Assembly (NCBI GenBank): GCA_016930515.1
Contig: JAFGGO010000061.1
Coordinates: forward strand, 1-64,000
Source: Promethearchaeota archaeon
GTDB taxonomy: Archaea; Asgardarchaeota; Lokiarchaeia; Sigyniarchaeales; SOKP01
Direction: 5' to 3'
DNA: 64,000 bases
In this document: positions 30,864 through 40,635 of the stretch, piece after piece
Numbering within the stretch: position 1 is the stretch's first letter
How the letters are laid out: each line of letters begins with the position of its first letter
The notes under the pieces: generated by a model
Database searches by the model: none
Told to the model about the DNA's origin: nothing
Seen by the model: only the letters and a program-made list of their open reading frames with translations
Program-made: the position numbers and the translations under genes

Positions 30864-31367
30864 TTATCTAAGATTATAATACAAGAAAGCAACAGTAAAT
30901 GGTAAATGATCGAATTTTTTTGTACTCTTGAAAATGAAACCTCTCTTTTTGTACCACTCAGTAAGGATGGTATCTTCGGCAATTATACCGATTTCGACTC
31001 GCTTGACACCCATCTCTCTTGCTCTTGTCAACGAACCTTCGATAAGATGGGATCCATATCCTCTTAATCTATATTGAGGAAGCACGCTCAATCGTTCGAG
31101 GTAACAAGTCTTTTTATTCGCTAATTCAAGTGCAATGCAACCAATAGAAGAATTCTCCGTTGTTAACAGGTAAAATTTAATTCCTTTATCAAAAGCGGAT
31201 AGAATCCAATCAATCGTGCAATTTGAGGGGTGAGTTGGGGCGTTTTCTAAAGTTAAGTTAAATCGTGATGCTACCGTCTGAAAAGATGTCTGGATTATAA
31301 ATGCAAGTACTTTAGCGTCATCATAGAAGGCTTGTTTAAAAATAATCGAATCATTGTTGCTCATCAC
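30864..31367 (-). CDS. GNAT acetyltransferase
   Basis: LERLSVLPQYRLRGYGSHL; WYKKRGF. Confidence 0.88.
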   Translation of the reverse strand: MMSNNDSIIFKQAFYDDAKVLAFIIQTSFQTVASRFNLTLENAPTHPSNCTIDWILSAFDKGIKFYLLTTENSSIGCIALELANKKTCYLERLSVLPQYRLRGYGSHLIEGSLTRAREMGVKRVEIGIIAEDTILTEWYKKRGFIFKSTKKFDHLPFTVAFLYYNLR

Positions 31368-31828
31368 TGAATCTCAACGAAACTGCTATTTTTATAAGTC
31401 TTTAAAACCATATCGGATATTGTTCTTGTGACATACTTTTCCTTGTTAATTTCTCTTATGAAGTTATGGACGTCTTCTGATTTTTTGAAGCGACAAATGA
31501 GAGCTGCTGATTGTTCTCCTGTAGTGTGGAAGACCGAACAAACTTCGGGCTTTTCGCAAATCTTTGTCAATAATTCTTCCGTGTGTTTTCCGTCAACTTG
31601 AATTCGAATTAAAAAGGTAAGTTCGTAACCTAATCTAGCGTTATTGAGCTTGAGCGTGTATCCTTCGATTGGCCCCCCGTTTTCTGACTTTAATTTGCTA
31701 ATTCTATTATGTATCGTGCCAATTGATATCCCTAAATCTTTTTGTATCAATCGATAAGATGTATTTGAGTTGTGTTGGAGGATCTTAAGGATGTTCACAT
31801 CCATTTCGTCAAGTTGTTCTTTTTTCAT
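31364..31828 (-). CDS. Lrp/AsnC transcriptional regulator
   Basis: LDEMDVNILKIL...GISIGTIHNRI; VFHTTGE. Confidence 0.9.
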   Translation of the reverse strand: MKKEQLDEMDVNILKILQHNSNTSYRLIQKDLGISIGTIHNRISKLKSENGGPIEGYTLKLNNARLGYELTFLIRIQVDGKHTEELLTKICEKPEVCSVFHTTGEQSAALICRFKKSEDVHNFIREINKEKYVTRTISDMVLKTYKNSSFVEIQ

Positions 31829-31947
31829 AGTAATTCACAATATTAAAAATAATAAGGGAAAGAATTCGTTCAAACAATTTTCAAAAATCAACTACTTCCC
31901 CAAGCATTTGTTCAATAATAATTGCAATATTTTAAATTTTTTTAATC

Positions 31948-32361
31948 CTATTTTTGATATACCTCATCTGGATCAAAAATTTTTTCACCTTGGATAGTAA
32001 ATCCTGCTCCAGTAAATTCCCTATAGAAGCAGGAAAAATGGCCTGTATGGCACGCGGCTACATTTTGCTTAACTTTTAACAATATCGTGTCCATATAACA
32101 ATCTACAAATACTTGTTGTATTTCCTGCACATGTCCACTTTCTTCTCCCTTTTTCCACAATTTTTTTCTTGATCTCGAATAGTAACAGGCTATACCCGTT
32201 TCGAGTGATTGTCTAACAGCGGCCTCGTTCGCAAAAGCCAGCATCAGAACCTGATTTGACAAGTAATCTTGAGCGATCATGGGCACCAATCCTCCTTCGA
32301 TTTTGGAAAAATCCAACATGCTGACGAACTTATCTATTTCTTGCTGAGAAAATTTTTTCAT
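31948..32361 (-). CDS. hisI: Phosphoribosyl-AMP cyclohydrolase
   Basis: [31 protein letters not shown]. Confidence 0.95.
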   Translation of the reverse strand: MKKFSQQEIDKFVSMLDFSKIEGGLVPMIAQDYLSNQVLMLAFANEAAVRQSLETGIACYYSRSRKKLWKKGEESGHVQEIQQVFVDCYMDTILLKVKQNVAACHTGHFSCFYREFTGAGFTIQGEKIFDPDEVYQK

Positions 32362-32446
32362 TATTATGAAATTTTTTTATGAATGATTAATATTAACTAA
32401 TAACATTTTAGCAAATTTAAGATTAACATGGACAAAAAATATTAAT

Positions 32447-33541
32447 ATGACAGTGGATCCGTGGAGTTCGGCAAACATTGATGATAACGAAATAGAACGC
32501 CTCATTAAAGAGTTTGGCATCGAGCGTGTTGACGATATTACCCGACAGAAAATGCTAGAAAACCGATTCATTAGGCGTAAGATCATTTTTGGGCATCGTT
32601 CCTTGGGAGATATCTTTAAGGCAATAGACTCAAGGAATTCTTGGGCCGTCATGTCCGGTATTAAACCAAGTGGCCCATTCCATTTAGGAACCCTTACAAC
32701 CGCATTAGAGATCGTAGAATTTCAGAAACTAGGCGCCCGAGCATATTACTGCATCGCAGATATTGAATCTTGGGAAGATAATGGCATTAGATACGAGGAA
32801 GCCGAAGAAACAGCAGTAGACAACCTTGCAGATATTTTAGCTCTTGGTTTAGATCCCGATCCAGAGAAGGCCTACATCTGGAGGCAATCAAAAGAGCCAA
32901 TTGTCAAGGATGTATGCTTCAAGGTAGGCCGATTAGTAACACAAAACATGGTAAACGCTATCTATGGTGAAAAACCATTTGGATTGTACCTTGCAGCACT
33001 TATACAAGTTGGAGACATCGTCCTCCCTCAATACCGAGATGGCCCCCAACCTACCATCGTACCCGTGGGAATTGACCAAGATCCCCATATTAGATTGACA
33101 AGAGACCTAACACGACGATATTTTTCCGAAGAAAAATATTTCCTTCCTGGTGCTACCTACCACAGGTTATTACCGGGTTTGGACGGATCCGACAAGATGT
33201 CGAAACGAAATCCTAACAGTTACTTTACTTTTAACGAACCTATTGATTCGATTGAAAAAAAAGTAAAAAATGCGTTAACTGGAGGGAGGCGTAACAAAAA
33301 AGAACAACAAGAATTAGGTGGAGAACCTCAAAACTGCATGATCTATAAGATTTTGATGTATCATTTTGAACCAAATGACGACAAGCTCAAGGAAAATTTC
33401 GAAAAATGCGTCACCGGGCAATTATTATGTGGCGCTTGCAAAAAGAACGCCATTGAAAAAGTTCTCGCCTTTATAAAAGATCACGAAAAAAAGAAGGCAA
33501 AATTAATAGAAAAAGCGCGAGAATTGTTAGACATTAGATAA
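32447..33541 (+). CDS. trpS: Tryptophanyl-tRNA synthetase
   Basis: VDPW, SGIKPSGPFHLG, PVGIDQDPHIRLTRD, KMSKR. Confidence 0.95.
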   Translation: MTVDPWSSANIDDNEIERLIKEFGIERVDDITRQKMLENRFIRRKIIFGHRSLGDIFKAIDSRNSWAVMSGIKPSGPFHLGTLTTALEIVEFQKLGARAYYCIADIESWEDNGIRYEEAEETAVDNLADILALGLDPDPEKAYIWRQSKEPIVKDVCFKVGRLVTQNMVNAIYGEKPFGLYLAALIQVGDIVLPQYRDGPQPTIVPVGIDQDPHIRLTRDLTRRYFSEEKYFLPGATYHRLLPGLDGSDKMSKRNPNSYFTFNEPIDSIEKKVKNALTGGRRNKKEQQELGGEPQNCMIYKILMYHFEPNDDKLKENFEKCVTGQLLCGACKKNAIEKVLAFIKDHEKKKAKLIEKARELLDIR

Positions 33542-33542
33542 A

Positions 33543-34478
33543 TTACACTAGTTGATTCATTACTTTTTCGATTTCGTCAATAAAATCAGAAAAATTTTCT
33601 AATAAAGTCTCCTTATATTCTTCCTTAATTAAAACCGATATATAAAAATTATTCTTATCAACCGTGATTTTATGTAAATATGATAAAATATTATTCTCGA
33701 TCGTGGTAAAATTATAATCGCTATCGTATTTTTCTTCTTGCATTCTTTTTAGAAGATATAAGTGTTCCTTGATTGATTCTAGCAATACGATATAGGAATC
33801 TGGATCTATTTCTTCTGAATAAAACTCACTTACGATAATACCGTTTTCGTCAAATAATATTAGCGAAGAGCATTTAAATTCTTCTAAATATGTTTCTAAC
33901 AAATGAGAAAGCTCAAAAAATTTTGGATCAAAAACCGAAAGAGCGTATGAGATTAATTGAACAATGCTTATAATATCGTATATGGATGTTTGTTGAAATA
34001 AAATTTTGACTGTGGGATATTTTCCATATATGGTTTCTCTTAACTCTACAATTCTAGCGTTAATGTCTTCTTTCCCCCTTAGTTCTGGATCAAATTTATG
34101 AAAAGATATAATTAAAGGAACATCCATTGAATTCTCGTTAAAGAATTTTAATATCATATCCAAGTATTCAAGAGAGGTTTTAAATCGTTTTTCGTCTTGA
34201 ATATCAATTATGAATAGTACTAAATTAGTATCAGAAAAATATGCGTCTTTATTTTGTTCGTAAAGCGCCCTATATTTCTCTTGGCCTCCCATATCCCAAA
34301 TATAGATGTTAAAATTAAGGAATTTTCGCTTGTTGTATTCTACTTTTATAGTAGGTTTTAGCTGCATTATGTACTTTTCAAAATCAAATTTCTTATCTAG
34401 TGCCGTGAGAATGCTTGACTTACCAGCATAATCCAATCCAGAGAGTATGATTTTTAGGGTATTATCCAAGAAGTTCAC
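33543..34478 (-). CDS. Rag/Gtr-like small GTPase with C-terminal roadblock domain
   Basis: GLDYAGKSS, PT, WDMGGQ, HKFD, TSIYD; LILFDENGIIVS. Confidence 0.85.
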   Translation of the reverse strand: MNFLDNTLKIILSGLDYAGKSSILTALDKKFDFEKYIMQLKPTIKVEYNKRKFLNFNIYIWDMGGQEKYRALYEQNKDAYFSDTNLVLFIIDIQDEKRFKTSLEYLDMILKFFNENSMDVPLIISFHKFDPELRGKEDINARIVELRETIYGKYPTVKILFQQTSIYDIISIVQLISYALSVFDPKFFELSHLLETYLEEFKCSSLILFDENGIIVSEFYSEEIDPDSYIVLLESIKEHLYLLKRMQEEKYDSDYNFTTIENNILSYLHKITVDKNNFYISVLIKEEYKETLLENFSDFIDEIEKVMNQLV

Positions 34479-34727
34479 ATCATATTTTTCGTGAGAGGTT
34501 CGATAATAATATACTTATAAACTCTACAAATTTATATTTTTATTTTAGCATATTAAATACTAAATGCATTATTAAAACTCATAATATTTAAGTTATTAGC
34601 TAAACGATTATCAACATTGTTTTCTGTTATGTATAACACATCGATAATACACTTGGCACATGACAATGATATAAGCTTTTTTTAATTCGGTTAGCGCTAC
34701 TAATCTTAACTAATAAATTACTTATAG

Positions 34728-34955
34728 TTGATTCAAATGATCGAGTTAGAAAATCATTTTTTAGAAAATTTAAGGCACCAAATAAAGCTTAAAGAATTAT
34801 CCAATTTTAAAAGGAGTCTTCCAACCTTTAGCGAGCAATTAAGCGAATGCGATAAAGCCGTTCGAGACATCAAAGAGAAATTTGATGAAATTCGAAAACG
34901 AGATGCATACAAAAGAGTTATTGGGCAAATTAACAAGGTATCTGAAGATTTCTAA
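34728..34955 (+). CDS. Small helical hypothetical protein
   Basis: 75-aa ORF, no recognised motif. Confidence 0.35.
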   Translation: MIQMIELENHFLENLRHQIKLKELSNFKRSLPTFSEQLSECDKAVRDIKEKFDEIRKRDAYKRVIGQINKVSEDF

Positions 34956-34969
34956 ATATTTTTATTTTT

Positions 34970-35395
34970 TTAATCTCCAACAATCGTAATCGTAATCTCC
35001 CTATCTCTACTTTTTTCGTCAAATTCACAAAAGATAATTTGTTCCCAAGTACCTAAAAGTAGGCTCTTATTCCTAAACGGAAAAGTTTGAGATGTCTTGA
35101 CTAGGAAACTTCGTAAATGACCCGCCCCATTATGGTCTCCCCAAGTTCTATGATGCTTGTAATTCTCTTGGTAAGGAATAATTTTTTCCAAAAATTCTTT
35201 TATATCGTTTTTCACGAGCCCAGGTTCGTATTCCGTGGTAGAAATGGCACCGGTTGATCCGTTAAGATGGATATTTACCAAACCGTTGTTAATATTTCCC
35301 TTTTCAATTGCGGATTGCACTTGATTCGTGATGTTTATCACATCACAATAAGGTTCGGTCCTTTTTACTTTAAAAGATGAAAACTCTACAACCAT
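34970..35395 (-). CDS. YjbQ/UPF0047 family protein
   Basis: GSTGAISTTEYEPGL, HH..WGDHNG.GHLRS, LGTWEQI.FCEFD. Confidence 0.92.
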   Translation of the reverse strand: MVVEFSSFKVKRTEPYCDVINITNQVQSAIEKGNINNGLVNIHLNGSTGAISTTEYEPGLVKNDIKEFLEKIIPYQENYKHHRTWGDHNGAGHLRSFLVKTSQTFPFRNKSLLLGTWEQIIFCEFDEKSRDREITITIVGD

Positions 35396-35504
35396 TGCAA
35401 TTCTTATTCTCTTAAATTATAAACAATAAGATTAATTATTCATTTTTCATTTTATTTTTTACTGAGTAATTAGGTTTTCATCCGAATAATTGTGGTAGGT
35501 TTTA

Positions 35505-35927
35505 ATGAGTGAAAAACTAAAAGAATTTTACAAGAAAATACATGATAACAAAAACAACATTCCTGAATACGCTTCCATCGTCATACGTCCTGGACAAAAA
35601 CTCGTGGATATTAAAATTAAAAAAGAAGCCTCAAACATCTTGAGGAGAATAGCGCACGATCAAAAAACTCCAGGATGGTTTTTACATTCGGTGCACATAC
35701 CCATAAAAAATTTAGGATTACCTCCCGACGCTAAGAACAAGGAGATTATTGCATATTTCGACGAACCACGCTTGATTACTCGAGATAAAGACACGAAGGA
35801 ATATGTGGAGGAATTGTTAAGGAAATATATATCAATTCTTCCTGATAAAAAGAACCATTTTTTCTCCACAAAACGTTTTAAAAAGAAAAAGGACCTCCGA
35901 ACTGGAGCAACACTAAAAGGATTTTGA
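35505..35927 (+). CDS. Hypothetical protein
   Basis: 140-aa ORF fitting gene spacing. Confidence 0.6.
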   Translation: MSEKLKEFYKKIHDNKNNIPEYASIVIRPGQKLVDIKIKKEASNILRRIAHDQKTPGWFLHSVHIPIKNLGLPPDAKNKEIIAYFDEPRLITRDKDTKEYVEELLRKYISILPDKKNHFFSTKRFKKKKDLRTGATLKGF

Positions 35928-35950
35928 TCAAATAAATTTTTATTACTATT

Positions 35951-36823
35951 TTATAGGTTTCCTTTTACAGGCATATCGCTAATGTCGATATATTCCTCTC
36001 TTTCAGGTTTTTTTTCTCGATAAGGATTATCTTCGTCGTAGACATGTCTTCCAAATGTGATATATCCCGTATGTCCAATCATCCTTACTTCAGGTCGAGT
36101 GGCGTTTTCCTTAACCTGCAAGCTTCTTTTCATAAGCTCGTATGTATTTATCTCGATAAATCCATTATCTCTTAAGGCAAAGGTCGTTTTTTTTACTTGT
36201 TCAATGGTCGGGGAAAAAGAAACCAAAACTCCGCTTAATTTCAAATATTCCTTAACTTTTTCAATTACTTCCCAAGGTTGTGGCATATCTAATACTATTG
36301 AATCAACATTTACATGATTAAGAGTGTCGTTTAATATATCGCCGTATTGCACTGTAACGATGTCTTTAAGACCAGCTTTCTCTACATTTTTTTTGGCTCT
36401 TTTTATAGATTTTTCCCTAATGTCGTAGGAAAAAACTCGTCCATTTGGACGAACGAAATTACCCAATATGCACGAAAGGGCCCCCGATCCCGCACCCGCT
36501 TCAATAACAACGCTCCCAGGTCCGATACCCGAATATATTAAAATCATTCCTGCATCCTCGGGGTAAATAATTTGAGTCTTCCGAGCCATATATACAACAT
36601 AATCAGAAGGTAATGGTTTTAAGACGTAGAATTTATGTCCTTGATGCTCGTACGGTTTGGAATAGATAACAGAACCAAATGATTTACCTATAAGATCGTC
36701 ATATTCAATTATTCCCTTATGAGTGTGAAATTGATCCCCAGATTTTACCTGAAGTAGCCACCTTCTTCGATGATCGAGAATTAAAAAGACCAAATCGTTT
36801 TCTTTTATAGTTTCAATAGTCAT
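35951..36823 (-). CDS. trmI: tRNA (adenine57/58-N1)-methyltransferase
   Basis: FHTHKG, RKTQIIYPED, EAGAGSG, LDMPQPW, HTGY. Confidence 0.95.
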   Translation of the reverse strand: MTIETIKENDLVFLILDHRRRWLLQVKSGDQFHTHKGIIEYDDLIGKSFGSVIYSKPYEHQGHKFYVLKPLPSDYVVYMARKTQIIYPEDAGMILIYSGIGPGSVVIEAGAGSGALSCILGNFVRPNGRVFSYDIREKSIKRAKKNVEKAGLKDIVTVQYGDILNDTLNHVNVDSIVLDMPQPWEVIEKVKEYLKLSGVLVSFSPTIEQVKKTTFALRDNGFIEINTYELMKRSLQVKENATRPEVRMIGHTGYITFGRHVYDEDNPYREKKPEREEYIDISDMPVKGNL

Positions 36824-37137
36824 ATTATGTTTTCAATAATGATTTCAATCATATATAGTATTTCTTATCTTGACGATGGAAACTTTAAAATTATTTAATT
36901 GAAACCAATTAAGTCATTAATTAAAAAGTTGTTTGAGTTTTAATCTCAAGATATTATAATTTGAATTCAAGTTTGAACCTATAAAAATGGTCATACAATA
37001 AAAAAGCACATGAAAACAAATATATTGGCTATGGATGCAAGCCAAGAATGAAAAAATATAAAAAAAATAATTAATTCAATAATCTAAGAACAAATTCTGA
37101 AATATTTCTTTTTATAAAATATATAAGGCACTTATTT

Positions 37138-38076
37138 ATGAGTAAGGAAGCAGCCAATAATGCCCAGCTTTCACAAACCTACAAGGAACTTCAAGGTAAA
37201 ATAGAAGATTACCGCGAAAAACGGGACGATCTCAACAAGAAAACGAAAGAATATATCACCCAACTACAAGAACTAGAAAATCAAATCGCGGAGAATTTAA
37301 AAGTAGCCAAGGACGAATACAAGAAAAAGCGGGATTTTTGGAACAATAAGGTAAAAAAGTTAAAAGATAAAAAAATAGAATATAAAGGCATTTTAGATAA
37401 TTTCATTGAAGAACGAAAAACACTTCAAAAAAAAGGCCCTGATGGAAAAGAACAAGGAAAATACGGAGATTTAAAGCAGATCACGAGGAAGATCGAAAAT
37501 TTAGAAAGAATGATCGAAACAGAAAACTTAGAAATTAACGAAGAAAACGCCATCATTGATCAAATTAAAGAACTTGCAGAAGTAAAACAAGACCTATTAG
37601 AATCGCAAAATTCAGATGAATTAGTAAAACTCGATCGAAAAATAGAAATAGTAAAGTTAAACCTCAATAAAATTTACGAGCAGTTAAGCAAATGGTCAAA
37701 TAAATCGCAAGATAATCACGCAAAAATGCTCGAAATCTACGATGTTATTGGGGATCTAAAAGAAAAAAAAAAGAAGATGGAAGAAGAACTCATCAAGAAC
37801 AAGCAAGCGGCCGACATGTACCACGAACAGTTCTTAGAATTGATGAATCAACGAAAGAAAATCTCTAAAAATTATCGCCCTTCAAGAACCACCTCAAAAT
37901 CGGAAAGGAGACCTCGAAAGATTAGGTTTAAAGACACTAAAGTTAAAGAAGCAGAGATGCTTGAACAACTCAAAAAAGAAAAACTTGCTGACGCACTTGA
38001 AAAGAAGAAAGCAGGTAAAAAACTTAACCTCTACGAAGCTCGATTGATCCTCGAAGCTCAAAATCAAGATAATTAA
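37138..38076 (+). CDS. Archaeal coiled-coil protein (COG1340-like)
   Basis: Heptad K/E-rich; REKRDDLN, ADMYHE, C-terminal KKKAGKKL. Confidence 0.75.
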   Translation: MSKEAANNAQLSQTYKELQGKIEDYREKRDDLNKKTKEYITQLQELENQIAENLKVAKDEYKKKRDFWNNKVKKLKDKKIEYKGILDNFIEERKTLQKKGPDGKEQGKYGDLKQITRKIENLERMIETENLEINEENAIIDQIKELAEVKQDLLESQNSDELVKLDRKIEIVKLNLNKIYEQLSKWSNKSQDNHAKMLEIYDVIGDLKEKKKKMEEELIKNKQAADMYHEQFLELMNQRKKISKNYRPSRTTSKSERRPRKIRFKDTKVKEAEMLEQLKKEKLADALEKKKAGKKLNLYEARLILEAQNQDN

Positions 38077-38105
38077 CTATTCTATTCCTAAATATATTTT
38101 TTCAG

Positions 38106-39236
38106 CTAGTTTATAGCATTCTTAATACTAATTTTTTCTTCAGGTGCAAGTAAAATATCAAGAGATTTCTTAATTGTCTTTGCGACTCGTTTTGCTAGTA
38201 AGGGTGGAACGGCGTTTCCTATCTGCTTGTATTTTTGATTCAGACCTCCTTTAAAAGAGTAAGTATCAGGAAAAGATTGAAGCCTTGCCGCCTCTCGAAC
38301 TGAAATTGCTCTATTCTGAGTTGGATGAATAAATCTTCCCGGTGCGCTAACACATCCACAATTTGCAGTAATAGTATCTGCTGGCCGATTTAAGTGAAGA
38401 CGACCGTATATATTAGAATAACCACTATTTAGCTTGTAATTCTTGGGCAAGTCTTGGTGATTTTCTCCGGGTTTGATGAACGAGATGCGTTCTTTGACGT
38501 TTTTCCCGTGGTTTGGAGCGTGATGATCGCGTAGTTCGACTGAATTTTTTCTTAAATACTGTTGATAAGGGGTTTGGGGCGGGCGATCGTAGTTGAAAGT
38601 TATTAAGCCGTTTGATCTTCCCGTAATCGGTTTTATTTCAAGAATGTCTGAAAGAGCATCCCTTACGGTAAAGATATTAGATCGCTCTTTTCTAAAGTAA
38701 AGAGGAATCGACATTTTTTCTTTAAAACCAATGAAAAAAACGCGCTTTCTAACTTGTGGTATTCCGTAATCTGATGCCTTTAATAACCTCATTTGACACT
38801 CGTAACCTATATCATTATATAACTGTTTTATTTTTTGAACAACTCTCCCTTTATCCATGGTTAAAATACCAGGAACATTTTCCATCACGAAAAACCAAGG
38901 TTTGATCGTCTCAACCCATTTTATAAAATAATAAACAAGCGTGTTCCGAGGATCGTTTCTATTCCTGTTTCCAACTGAAGAATAGCCTTGACAGGGTGGA
39001 CCCCCAATAATACCCGTTACTCTTGAATTTGGAAGATATTTCAAGCATGTTTGCTTCACATCGAGGTTCGTTATATCCTCATTTAAGCAGATACAATCGG
39101 GGTTATTTAAATTGTAAGTCTCGTGAAAAATCTTTTCTTTTTCTACGGATAGTAAAATTTTAAATCCTTCAAGTTTAAACCCAAGTGATAGGCCACCAGC
39201 TCCACTAAAAAGGTCTATTATTTCCACGGATGTCAT
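38106..39236 (-). CDS. dcm: DNA (cytosine-5)-methyltransferase
   Basis: DLFSGAGG, GGPPCQ, MENVPG, PQ.RKR, REAARLQSFPD, QIGNAVPP. Confidence 0.95.
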   Translation of the reverse strand: MTSVEIIDLFSGAGGLSLGFKLEGFKILLSVEKEKIFHETYNLNNPDCICLNEDITNLDVKQTCLKYLPNSRVTGIIGGPPCQGYSSVGNRNRNDPRNTLVYYFIKWVETIKPWFFVMENVPGILTMDKGRVVQKIKQLYNDIGYECQMRLLKASDYGIPQVRKRVFFIGFKEKMSIPLYFRKERSNIFTVRDALSDILEIKPITGRSNGLITFNYDRPPQTPYQQYLRKNSVELRDHHAPNHGKNVKERISFIKPGENHQDLPKNYKLNSGYSNIYGRLHLNRPADTITANCGCVSAPGRFIHPTQNRAISVREAARLQSFPDTYSFKGGLNQKYKQIGNAVPPLLAKRVAKTIKKSLDILLAPEEKISIKNAIN

Positions 39237-39328
39237 AATACTCTTAAAATAATTACTTTAATTAATGTAGGGTTCATTAAAAAATGTGTCTCGATTTTAA
39301 AACGCATTTATAGTCCAAAGCAAGAAAA

Positions 39329-39985
39329 ATGAAAAAAAGACGGCACTACGAGATCGTGAGAAATGGAATCGCTTCGTGGTACGATGTGAATAAACGCGAC
39401 TTTCCTTGGAGATCAACAACAAATTTATACAAGATCTTGGTAACGGAAATATTTTTACAAAAGACCATAGCAACAAATGTAAAAAACATATATATCGACT
39501 TTTTTAATAAGTATGATAATATGATAAAAATTTTAAACACAGAAAGGGAAGAAATCGAATCAGACATCAAATCCTTGGGATTAAGTAAGAAGCGGGCAAA
39601 AATTTTAAAAGAATTAAGCAGGATGGTGGTAGAGGAGTTCAATGGTGAGATTCCAATCCAACCTAGTGAGTTAACTAGAGTAAATGGAATTGCTGATTAT
39701 GTTAGTAGAGCTTTTTCATGTTTTGGACTAGGGAATAGGACGATATTTTTTGATGTGAATATAAAGCGAATAATTGAAAGGGTGTTTAACAATTTTAAAG
39801 ACACGATCAAAATAAAAGATCAAATCGAACAAAATCTGGATAAATTACTACCCGAATCTAATTGTAAACATTTTTATTGGGCACTTCTCGATTTTGCTGC
39901 ATTGATTTGTACGAAAAAAAATCCAAAGTGCGAATCGTGCTTGATTTCAAGTACTTGTCATTATTTCAGTTCTAAAGTTTATTAA
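39329..39985 (+). CDS. HhH-GPD [4Fe-4S] DNA glycosylase, MIG/MutY-like (probable T:G mismatch glycosylase)
   Basis: RDFPWR, TEIFLQKT, GIADY, DVNIKR, C-x6-C-x2-C-x5-C; no MutY C-terminal NUDIX domain. Confidence 0.8.
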   Translation: MKKRRHYEIVRNGIASWYDVNKRDFPWRSTTNLYKILVTEIFLQKTIATNVKNIYIDFFNKYDNMIKILNTEREEIESDIKSLGLSKKRAKILKELSRMVVEEFNGEIPIQPSELTRVNGIADYVSRAFSCFGLGNRTIFFDVNIKRIIERVFNNFKDTIKIKDQIEQNLDKLLPESNCKHFYWALLDFAALICTKKNPKCESCLISSTCHYFSSKVY

Positions 39986-40027
39986 ATTATTACAGTCAAT
40001 AATTTAAAATACAATCTAACTCATAAA

Positions 40028-40525
40028 TTGGTAATGAGGGATAATAATTTAAAATATGTTAGCGCAGTTTTTTTTGTGAAAAATATAGAAGTATCAAGGC
40101 AGTTTTATGCTAACACACTTGGACAAGAAATAACAGCGAATTTTGGAAGAAATGTGGTTTTTCAAGGCGGATTATCGATATGGGAAGAGAAATACGCTTT
40201 AAGTACCATCTATTCCTTAAGCAAAGCAAATATTAAGGTCGGAAGGAATAATAGCGAAATTTATTTTGAAACAAGAGATATTGAAAGGGCTTACAAAAAG
40301 TTCAAGAAGGATGGGATTGAGATCATTCATGAAATAATGGAACATCCTTGGGGTCAAAAAGGATTTCGATTATTCGATCCAGATAAACATGTTATTGAAA
40401 TAAGCGAACCAATGGACGAGGTAGTGTTAAGATATCATAATATTGGATATGATATGAAAGAAATATCAGAAAAAACAATGATGCCTATTAATATGGTCAA
40501 GAAAATTATCGAGACACTAAAATAA
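40028..40525 (+). CDS. VOC/glyoxalase family protein
   Basis: VKNIEVSRQFY, EIYFE, EHPWGQ..FR..DPDKH.IE. Confidence 0.88.
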   Translation: MVMRDNNLKYVSAVFFVKNIEVSRQFYANTLGQEITANFGRNVVFQGGLSIWEEKYALSTIYSLSKANIKVGRNNSEIYFETRDIERAYKKFKKDGIEIIHEIMEHPWGQKGFRLFDPDKHVIEISEPMDEVVLRYHNIGYDMKEISEKTMMPINMVKKIIETLK

Positions 40526-40635
40526 ACAGCCCAATCTATTTTTTTTAAAGTCCTTTTCAATTATTTTAATTCTTCTAATTCAAAAAATTTTAATCAAATT
40601 CTATATTATCTTTCTCAAAGTTATATAAAACTGAT

